From Lama guanicoe (taxonomy: Eukaryota): DNA of 64,000 bases. Numbering within the stretch: position 1 is the stretch's first letter; each line of letters begins with the position of its first letter. This document shows positions 53,936 to 64,000 of this stretch, one piece after another. The position numbers were made by a program, and so were the translations under genes. The notes under the pieces are model-generated. The model saw only the letters and a list, made by a program, of their open reading frames with translations, did not search any database and was not told the DNA's origin. The stretch spans positions 22,940,795 through 23,004,794 of the forward strand of contig MU054187.1 of assembly GCA_013239625.1 (NCBI GenBank), given 5' to 3'.

Positions 53936-54717
53936 CTTACTGAATTAGACTCAAGGACAGTTTTGGATGAAGCAGAAAAGGCAGCTTTATTTCTTTTCCA
54001 GGCAAAGGATGTCATGGTGGGCTAATGCCTCTTAAGACTGCAAGCCTTTCAGGGAGAGAAGGCATGGGGTTGTGTAGTAAAAGTTCAAGAGTTCAAGGGG
54101 TGGGGCTAGTTTCCATAGAGATCACATAGAGGGTAACAAATTGCTGCAATGATGTCCTTGTTTCTGCAGATGCAATGGTTCCCTTCCCTCTACTGGGTAC
54201 AAAGTTCACCTCCAGCTTTAGGACTCTCTTAATATTCTTGTACCTAGAACAAAGGATGCATAAGAAGGGGCTCTGTGGAAAGAGCTCCAGAGGAAAGCTT
54301 GTGCAGTTTAAAGTCAGGTTGATAAATGCTTTTAGCCTTTTAAGCAGGCTGAGGCCTGGGATCTCCTGCTGCAGGCTTAGAACAACAGGATACAAGGAAA
54401 CCATTAAAAGGTCAAAAACAACTGCAGACATGCTCAATTGGGGCAAGTTATGCACAAAACACCCAACTGCTGTTTCTTAGTTCAAGTTCAAGAGGAGGGC
54501 ACTGGGGGCAAAAGCAGGGCACTGAGCAAGATCCCTGCACGCAGCACCATGGGGTAGGGGGTTGGGTGGACTACCCAAGCTACCCTCCTCTCCAGACTAA
54601 TCCTGGTCAGCAAAACCATGAGAAAAACACTTTAAACCATTAGACAATTAGACAGTTACAAACACCATAGCAGATATCAGATGGCCACTGATGACCGTAG
54701 GGTCCTGCTCAGTTACA
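53936..54717 (-). mobile_element. ERV1-type solo LTR
   Basis: Minus strand starts TGTAACTGAGCAGGACCCTACGG; AATAAA on the minus strand near 53987-53992; higher GC than flanks. Left boundary and TSD unresolved. Confidence 0.6.
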
Positions 54718-55229
54718 CACCCATAAATTCTACTATTAATTCATTTAAGGAGAAGAAGAAATAAAATCACTTGCAGAGATTAAATTTTGTTTTGCTTTAC
54801 CCAGGTTCTTACCTATAACCAATTGGGATATTTTCTTTTGCAACTGACGACTGTTAGGTCTTTCTGATGGAGCCATTGTTAGATTTCACAGAAACACGAA
54901 CTCTCTCACACACATAATATTTGTTGGTTCAGCATTTGATTAATTACTTTTAATTACACTTTTTATTACAGTGAAAAATGCAAAGGACATGAGCAGGATT
55001 TGGAACAAACACAATTGACTACTGTCAAGAATAAAACTTATTAAAAATAGCACATTAGGCTATTAAAGTGCAACTTGCAGGTAGTCAATGAGACAACGGC
55101 ATGTGCCATGTTTTACAGAGTCATTTAGCTTGGCACACAATGTTAAATGGAGTCTGGTTAAGAAAACTTCTGCTGAAAATTTACATGATAAGAGCCTAGC
55201 AAGGATATTCCAGAAAGACTTTATGGAGT

Positions 55230-55760
55230 CTAACTTTAATACGTTTCATTAGAAATCTTTGCATTTTAATTCCAGAAATCAAACTTAATGAACCAAGAGT
55301 GAAAAAATATATAGAATAAACGAAAAACAGTTTATTGGTATATAAAACTGGGAAGTTCAAAAATGGCTGGATCTAAGATCTGAGCTAATTTTACTAGGAT
55401 TATTTGTTTTAGTCCTTCATTCTGTTTTGTTTTACGTTCTTTTCTTCTCTAGCAAGGTCCCCATATCATGGCAAAAATAGCTACAGTATACACTTTTGTC
55501 ACAGCCAATGATCCCTGTGAAAAGGTTTCTTTTCCTGATTGTTCCAGGAAAAATCTGGTATGACTCATTGGCTGGGCTTGAGTCTCAGGTACACTCTGAA
55601 CAATTCACTCTGGCCAGGGGATGGAATTTGTTGTTCAGCTGGAGCTGGATCACAGCCCAGCCCCTGGAAAATGGTGAAGTCTGCCTCAAACCACTTGGAC
55701 TGCCGAAGGGGATGAGTGTGTTTCTACAGAGATGCTGAGACAACAAAAATACATGCTTCA
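55230..55760 (-). mobile_element. Old MLT1 (J/K/L-like) LTR
   Basis: tttattgg...aactgggaagttca...tcattggctgggcttgagtc...caattcactctggccagggga. Confidence 0.5.
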
Positions 55761-58159
55761 ACCATATGGGAGTGTGGTATTACATAACCTTCTTTAAAGT
55801 GTTTGGGCTGAATTAGTGAGAAGGCTGCCTCCTTTTGAGCTCAGCTGTGCTGTGTCTTCTTTGTGATTCTATCTCTTCACGACCCCAATTATTTCTGCTT
55901 TTGCATCCCACTGTAACTCCAACCAGAACTGTCATTTCCTGGTACCTAAAGAGAGTTATCTGTTCTTAGGTTTGGTCTTTGAATTACAAATTTTCCTCCA
56001 AATTTCTCAAGGCAGTGTTTCTAGTGATATTGCTTCATATATTTGCAGCTGCCTTCATATGACTTCACAAAATGTAATCCCCTGCAGGAATTTTCTGGAA
56101 TCTCTAGAATGACTCTTGCACTGTAAGCTCCCATAGTTTCAACAAAGCAAAAATCTCTATCTCTGTCTCTCTCATCTATATCATCTCTTGGACTAAGCAG
56201 TACCTGGAAGACATTCCCTGTTTTTGAAATGCAAGTTACTCTCGTACTTTGTCTCCTCAAGGCACTATATTAATACTATGAGATAATAATAAATTTTTTA
56301 ACAAATTGGTACCTTGCTCCAATGCCGCAGTCCTTTTGTTTTAACTGTTTCTCACTACTCCATGTGAGTTACATATGCACAACGTTCTGTATTCTCTTAG
56401 GACAGTAACCACATGATTAGTTTTAGCTCTTTAAATATTGGCACTACTGAATTTATATCAATGGTATTGTTATACATTTTAGATGGCCAAAAAACATCTT
56501 TTCAAGGTTTCCCAAACTATTAGTTAATGACGGAATGAGCAGATCTTCATGTCCTATGAGCTATAGTTGATATTTACATGGCTTGTAAAAAGAGAGAAAA
56601 ATGAGACTGTGCTAGGGGCAGTCTGCCTGTGACTATTGTGTTATTATTTCCTATTTCATTTTTTTTTTGCATTTCTACATGCAGTGACAGCTACATGGGT
56701 AGTTAATTACCTCTAAGCCCATATGTTGATTTTCTGACTTTAATAAAAAGAATGTTATTTGCTTGTGTTTATTACATCTAACATTTTAGAAGACTTAGAC
56801 GTTTAAATAATAAAACTCCATAGAAGTCCTTTGTTGAAACAATGCAAATCTTAGATCAGTAGGGGGCAGCCACGTCAAAGGCCTGTATTTCTCTCCTGGT
56901 CTCTTTAGGCTTGCAAATTTTACAGGAGATTTTAGGAGACAGTTACAGCTATGAAATTAATATTTGCTCAAGAAACTTGTGGGCACTCAAACGAATTTAG
57001 GCTTAAATGTGATACCAATTCTGCTTAAACTTCTCAAATGACATTTTATGTTTTTTGAATTATTTTTATTATTTAAAATTTCACCATGTTTACAAAGAAA
57101 GTGCCATTTTTATTTTGACATAAAGTCAATTCTTCACTCAGAAAGATTGGGAAGGCTTTATATTAAAATACCATGTAACTGGATTCTATTTTAGATACAA
57201 CAAAGTGTTCTTGAACTGGAGAGGTTTGCTTCTTCTTTTTTGCACATTCTATGTTAGTATTTATCCACTTACATTTGCTTGACAAATGTTATTTCAGAAA
57301 CTATTGCTGGAACTTATCTGGAGATATCATTTGCCATAGAATGTAAAATATAAATCTAATTTGTGTTGTTATTCAAAAACAAATGACATGTGTTGGGAAA
57401 ATGTGACAAAAATTATTCAGGCATTTTACAAAGAACAATTTTGTGTGCTTAAGTAGTCATTCTTGAGAAGTACATTGGCCCTTTATTTATTCATGTTATT
57501 TGTCAAATATGTAAGACCGTTTTAAAGAGTGGAAATATAACATTCATTACTTGAACAAAACCTTTCAATCATGAAGCTGCTGTAAATAGTTTTTCACACA
57601 TGGATACCACAAGAGCATCACTTAACAAACTACCTCAGCCGCTCATTCAGTGTCATGCATAACCTGGATATCTTTGAGAAGAAAATGATATTTTAGTTTA
57701 TCACAGGGAGCTCTGATACCTCCTATTTTGTTCTGCTGTTCTCTACTAGATTAAAAAAGTTTTAAAAATTACTTATTGTTAAATAAATGGAAAGGTATGA
57801 AAAAAGATTAGTTACATACATTTAACATTTTAGCAGTTTAGTCACTTTACTTATACAATGACATTTGAGAAAATACGTCAGCAATAGAAATAATTTGAGT
57901 AATATACGTGAGGAGAAAAACGAAGTGTTAACTTCCATTTTGTGTCTTGCATATTCTAGTACAAACCCTTGTTTTTGCTTTGTCTGTTTTTCTTTGGAGA
58001 CTGACCATAGCAACCTTTCTTAGAATATCGGAGAGATCCTTGCTGAGTACCAGAAACACACCGTAATAATAGTACGAATATTTTAATATGTCTAAAATTA
58101 GTTAATTTGATTAAATTTCAAGGAGCTGGTGATGAATGTTTTCTTTGAACTTCAGTACT

Positions 58160-60150
58160 ATGTGGCAACTAAGACTGACAAAGATAATATAAAAAAACAT
58201 TTAGAGATATCAAACGTGAATATAAATGTAAAAACTCAAAATCATATTGGAAAACATAATCTAGCAGCACTTTAAAGAATAATACACCAAAACAAAGTTG
58301 GTTCATTCTGAGAATTCAATGAGAACTAGCTCAACATTTTTTAAAATGATATTAGCATATTTCACTAAAATATAAAGGGAGAAAAACCATAATCTCATCT
58401 TCATGGCAGCTAAAAACCACTTGAGAAAATTTTGACACACATTACTAATAAAATAAGACTAGATGAATACTTCCATAACATTATAAAAGGTTTTGACTCA
58501 AAAAAGAAGTTTGCTACATTCTTGACAGTAAATATTAGAAGCATTCTCATTAAACTGATGAGCTTACTAATGTCTTCAGTAAAGTAAATAAGTATGAATT
58601 TGAAAAGTAAGTTGAAATCATTACTTATTCATTATATTATTATATGTATAGTTGAATATTTGTGGAGAGTCAATGAGAAAATCATTAGAAAACATGGTGT
58701 TAAATGAGGTGGTTAGTTGCAAGATTAATATTTAAAATGTATTTTATGTTACCTATAAAATTTAAATGAAGAAGAGGTTACGTATATAATAGCAACCAAA
58801 AATATCAAATATATAGAAATAAACTTAAGAAATAGGAAGGTATTGTATAAAACAATAAAATGCAATTAAGATACATAAAATAAAACAATAATTGAGTTAT
58901 TCTTGAATATGAAAACATATTACTGCAAAGATGTCTTTTTCATTAAGTTTATTATCATAATGTGAGCTTAATAAAAAAGGGCAGTAAGATTTTTTTTCTA
59001 AGTTGATTATGTGGATACTAATGGCTACAAAAAATAAACAAGCAAAAAACTTAAATACTTTTAAAATACTCAGAAGGTAATATAAATCAAATATTTTATT
59101 TGGTAAGCAGATTAGTTGAAAAACTAAGAAAGTAGAAAAATATGGCAATTTAGTACAGTGTAGAGGTATTATTTCAAAAGAGTAGGAAAAAGATAGTTTG
59201 TTAAATATGTGATTGTTGGACAAGTGGTGAACAGAGACAAAAAGTGGATTAAAAGCCTCTGTGTAAACTATGATATAACGTTGCTATAAGAAAAGATTGA
59301 TGAATTCATTTTCTAACCATTGAGGGGGGAAGGTCTTTTTTTTTTTCAACATTTTTTAATTGAGTTATAGTCATTTTACAATGTTGTGTCAAATTGGGGG
59401 AAGTCCTTTTAAACATGACAAAAGAAAAAGGTATAATACTTTTTTGAAATATTTAAATTGAAACATTAGTCTCAGAGTAATAAAAATTGAGGATTCTCAG
59501 GGCAAAGTGTTCTGTATAGTATTGATATATAGACTGCTGGCTGATAAAATGTTGAGAAATAAATTATTTTAAAAATAAAATGGCTCTTACCAATCAATTC
59601 TAAAATCTCAAGAGGGCATGGAGATAGAGAGAGAAAGATGAAAAGAGAGTGGAAAGACTGTTCTCAATAAAGAACAAATCGCCTGCATAATTCAGCTTCA
59701 CTCATCATTTTGAATATTCAATTTTATTTAATTAATGTTTTCCACCTAATCACATTGACAAACATTTGAAATTTCACTAATAAAAAGGAATCTTTAGGAA
59801 GTTAGAAAACAATCATGCACTTTAAGTAGGCATATCAGTGGATAAAACATATTTCAAGACTAATTTGGAAAAATCTATTAAAAATCACAACCTCTATACA
59901 ATCAAACTTTTATTTCTAAAAATATACACTACCAGTAAACAAGCACTTGTTTATTCAAAGACATATGTACAATGATTTTTATTGCACTTTTTCTGCAATT
60001 GGTAACAAATATCCATCAAGAAATGGTTGGCTGATAAATTATGGGATGTTTATAGAGTGGGGAGCCTTCCACCCATATGAACAATGAGGTGTATCATATA
60101 TGCAAATGTATAAAGATATCCAAGACAGTTAGCCAAAAACTTATAAAGTG
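58160..60150 (+). mobile_element. Highly decayed L1ME-like ORF2/3' region
   Basis: Scattered ORF2-like motifs (aagaataatacacc...aagttgg; ttagaagcattctcattaaa; gaaataaactta). Confidence 0.6.
59340..59395 (-). mobile_element. Extremely 5'-truncated young L1 (~50 nt plus tail)
   Basis: ttgagttatagtcattttacaatgttgtgtcaaatt is identical to part of the 24750 copy; TSD GGGGGAAGGTCTTTT (59325-59339) / GGGGGAAGTCCTTTT (59396-59410). Confidence 0.88.
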
Positions 60151-60239
60151 CCAGAGTGTGGGTAGAGGTTGATTTTAGTTGTGTATCATTATGTACTGTA
60201 TCATATCCATGCCTAAGTATACAATATATATTTCACAGC

Positions 60240-60400
60240 ATGGCTGGAGGAGAGAGATCGTTTGAGGTTGAAGTCTGATTGTACAACTTTCTATTTGTAA
60301 AGCCTTGAGCAAATCACATGACTTCTCTGTGCCTTATTTTTCTCCTTTGTAAAGTAGGGATAATAATGATACTTATATCAGAGGGCTGTTTTGAGAATTT
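60240..60400 (+). mobile_element. MIR SINE
   Basis: ccttgagcaaatcacatgacttctctgtgcctta...tgtaaagtagggataataat...agagggctgttttgaga. Confidence 0.75.
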
Positions 60401-60409
60401 TTGTGTGTG

Positions 60410-61700
60410 TGATCTGTCTAGCTAGAGCTGTCTCTGTTTTATTGATCTCAAAGAACTAGCTTAGGTTTTCACTGATTTTTCTCTGTTGCTTTTCTGTTTT
60501 CTCTTTCAATGATTTTTACTCCCATCTTTATTAGTTCTTTTCTTGTGTGCATTTTGGGTTTAATTCACTCTTTTAGTATCTTCATGCCAGAAGCTGAGGT
60601 TGTTGATTTGAAATATTTCTTCTTTTTTTAATGTAATCATTTAATGCTACCCCTCTAGGTACTGCTTTAGATGTAGATGCAAATTTTGATGCCTTGCTTT
60701 CTTTGTTTTCATCCCGTTCACAATTCTTTCTAATTTTTCTTTTGATTTCTCCATTACCTGTTGTCTATCTGGAAATGTATTATTAAGTTTCAAGGTCTTT
60801 TGTTGGGATTTTACCACTTAATGATTTTAAATTTAATTCTGTTTTTGTTCCAAGAACACATTTGGTGTGACTTGAATCCCTTTAAGTTTATTGAGACTTT
60901 TTTATGGCCCAGAATATTGTCTATATGGTAAGTGTTCCATGTGTACTTGTGAAAAATGTGTATTTTCCTATTATTGGGTGGAATATTAGTTTTAATTAAA
61001 TATGAAATATTTTTGGATATTGTTTTTTCAAATGCTCACTCCCTGCCTTTTGGATATGCAAATCACATGTGTTTTAGACCAATTAAACTTACCCCATGTC
61101 TCCGTATGTTCTGTTCTTGTGTATGTGTCTGTTTTATTTTTGTTTTTTCTGTGTTTCATTTTGGATAATTTTCTATTGTCATGTCTTCAAGGTCACTAAT
61201 CATTTTGTTAGCAGTGTCTAACATATAAATTTTATCTACTAAATTTTTTTATATCAGACATCTTAGTTCTCACCTCTAGAAATTGGATCTTTTTTATATT
61301 GTCCATATTTCTACTTAAAATGCTCATTCTTTTCACTAGCTTATAGGATGTATATATGATAAGAGTTTTAATGTCATTGTCTTCTTATTCTTTCATGCAC
61401 ATCATTTCTGATATGCTTTCAATTAATTTTTTTCCTTTTATTATGAGATACATACACATTTTTTACACACATGCTTTGTAATTTTACATTGAATTCCAAA
61501 CATTCTAAATTTTACTTTGTTGGGTGAAGGATATCTTTTTATTTCTCTAAATTTCCTTGAGCTTTTGTTCAGGGACCCTCTTCAGTACTTGACAACAGTT
61601 TGACATTTTCATATCTTGTTTTTAATCTTCTTAAGTTTTAGCTTAGGTCTAATTTCCCCCTCACCTACTGCATATTCTACTTGATGCCCCATCAAGGGCT
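60410..61700 (-). mobile_element. Old L1M fragments, antisense
   Basis: ttattgagactt...tggcccagaat...gttccatgtgtacttg (antisense endonuclease region) followed by antisense ORF1-like sequence. Confidence 0.65.
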
Positions 61701-64000
61701 TATACTTTAGTCGATAGGAAGAAAAAATATTCGCAGCCCTTCATCCACATCAGAGATTGCTCTCTCTAATTATTTTCCCAGGCGTGGGTAGTTTTCTCAC
61801 ATCTGAGTATCCTCATTATCCTTTCCCTCAGAGACTGGAGATACTCTCTGAGGAATGTGGAAGAAGAGGGCAGAGCAAGAAAGAAAGAGAGAGAGAGAGG
61901 TTTAGAAACCTGAAATCAATCATCTAAAATTGAGACAATCCCAGAAATATCTATTTTGCCAGCTTGATGTCAGAGACTTAGTCAACTTTCAGGGAAACAA
62001 AGGCAGATGGTCATGCTAAGTGGCTCAACCACACCTTAGCATACCTCTGCTCTTTTGAAAGTAGCATCGTTGCCCTTCATTTCATAAAAGACTGACAGAC
62101 AACCAAACCTGTGAGTGTTCTGAGAGGGCCAAGGTTTATAGTTTAGGAAGAGAAGAACACAGGTAATGAAAGAATCTTGGAGCAAAGCATTTTTAAACAA
62201 TTAAAAGTGTAAACCAAATTCTAAGGTCATAAAGGTAAACAAGTATGTGTACAATAGTATGTATATGATTCAGGGCTAGTATATATCAAAGGAGGAGAGG
62301 CTATCAGGAAAGAGTTGACCCCCCCACCCCCAATACATGAGGAACAGGAAGGATATTGATGGATAAAAGTAGCATTTATATCCCATTTACAACATCACTA
62401 ATTACCTCCAAGAGAGTAGTGTCAGGGCTGCGGGGGCAGAGGAGGACGGACAATAGCAGTAATAAATGAGTGTCTGATGTGGAAGTGGAGACGGCCATTG
62501 TTGTTGGAGGAGGCAATCAAGAGGGTGTGACCATCAGTTGACCCTGGAGCTGCACCTGGGCAGTTGGAGGTTCCTCACCCTCTCACTCGTCCTTGGAACG
62601 TACACTCTGCCTACCATTCCCTCAGTGGGTGCTGTTTCAAGGGTATACCTTTGAGAGAATAAGATGCTGTTAAGGTTATCTGGATGTAGGACATGAGTAA
62701 AGCCAGTTAAGGCATCTAAACTTTTAAGATTCTGGTGGATGGGTGAAGAGATTTGCCTATCTTGTGGCCACCCAAGACAAGCCTTGTAAGTAAGACGCCT
62801 TGCTTGTTTAAACTGTAGCCTGTCCATCTGGAGTGGCCTGACTCTCTTCTTTGGTCACTTCCTGCTCTCCATGTAAGGGAGCCAGTTTGAAAATCAACAA
62901 GTGTGAACCACAAAGCCAGGGCTCAATAAAAAGTGATGGATCTCATGTTCCTATGAGGTGTCTTTCACATTGTTCTAAATGTCTTGCTTATTGTAGTAAT
63001 GAAATCAAAAGGTAAAGAATGCAGAACTCTTCTCCATTGACAATATGTGTAGAATTTTATCTCAAGTATGTAGAGATCAGAAGGGTGTACTTATAAATAA
63101 AATAATCTCTATATACTTCATATGAGGAATAATACATGAACAAACATAAAATAATTTTATATCATTGGAAAAGCCCTACCGAGCAAAAAGATAAGAACAA
63201 AACCATTACCAGAATTTGTAATTCAGGATTTTTGTAACTCAGAAAGGGAAAGTGTACTTTCTCTTAATAGATAAATAATATATTGAGCTACAGAGAATTT
63301 ACATAATTATATCTTAATTTAATTCTTTCTACTTTAATTAACAAGTATTAATTACAAAATAACATTGCTCTGTGGGAAAGAAATTAACAGTGAAAATTGA
63401 AAATAATAGACTCTGAATCAGCCAATCAGGAAAAAGAGATTCTGTGTAGATTATAGATGTTTGCATTATATACTGAAATAGGTGAAAAAGGTAATTTGTA
63501 TGACTCTGTGTAATTTATTTTGATACCCTTTCAGTTTTTTTTAATTTCCTTTCTCTTTTTGAGTACCTGCAAAATTTAAAAATGATCTGAATAAAATTAA
63601 AAAAAAACTATGTCCTCTAGCTTGAAAGTTTCTTAGAATAATGACACATTTCAAATCAAGTCCAGATTTCACATGAGGTGAACAAAAAATATTGAATGCT
63701 GCTTGCATTTTGTATATGTGACACCATATAGATGTTCTTTTAACTCCAAAAGAGAAAAACAAATGTAAAATTAATTTGGAATCCAGTAACATTTAACTCT
63801 CTTATATTTGCTTTACTTTTCATGTTTTGCCTTATCAAGTTAACTGTATTTCAAGCTTTTTAAAGAGCTTGATTAATAGTATTTGTTTTTGTTAGGAGTG
63901 GAAGCTAATCATTTAATTAAATTAAATAATTTAACTGGTTACTTTTGCTTTTACAGTTGCATTTTTAGATAGAAAGGACAATGAGATCAACTTTTCAATC

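Noticed and set aside
54093..54480. Overlapping 120-aa and 101-aa ORFs
   Set aside because: They lie inside an LTR-like element and have no recognisable protein motif.
57525..57554. KSGNITFIT, resembling the next CNBD1 exon (VIVESGNIISF in recalled human sequence)
   Set aside because: Only SGNI matches, an in-frame TGA follows, and there is no good acceptor. The next exon is probably beyond the window.
62000..62960. GC-richer block with ORFs and an AATAAA, possibly an old LTR or exon
   Set aside because: I could not assign termini, family or splice structure; it needs a Dfam search.
1..64000. A novel multi-gene system (defence island, CRISPR array, operon)
   Set aside because: The DNA is mammalian intron. 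There are no long ORFs and no repeat-spacer array, and the only convincing coding sequence is four CNBD1 exons.

Overview
This is AT-rich, repeat-dense mammalian genomic DNA, not a prokaryotic or phage region. A tRNA-Ala-derived SINE of Vic-1 type and the young L1 3' ends point to a camelid (inference). The window lies inside the + strand gene CNBD1 (cyclic nucleotide-binding domain containing 1). Four internal coding exons (11394-11539, 23507-23700, 43085-43222, 44396-44528) have AG/GT boundaries, are phase-compatible and join into 203 uninterrupted codons. The start and end of the gene lie outside the window. The rest is intronic: young and old L1s, ERVL/MaLR/ERV1 LTRs, hAT and Tigger DNA transposons, MIR/L2 and microsatellites. 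Most ORFs in the track are L1 fragments or noise. I found no new gene system. The best observations are structural: (1) a ~190-bp insertion at 34606-34792 built from two separate nearby segments copied in inverted orientation, with microhomologies and an 11-bp target duplication; (2) a single L1 insertion carrying both a 5' inversion with a ~2-kb deletion and a short 3' transduction; (3) a polyadenylated LTR-like retrocopy inserted at the 5' edge of a SINE. Gene and repeat family names come from recalled consensus sequences and need BLAST/RepeatMasker confirmation.
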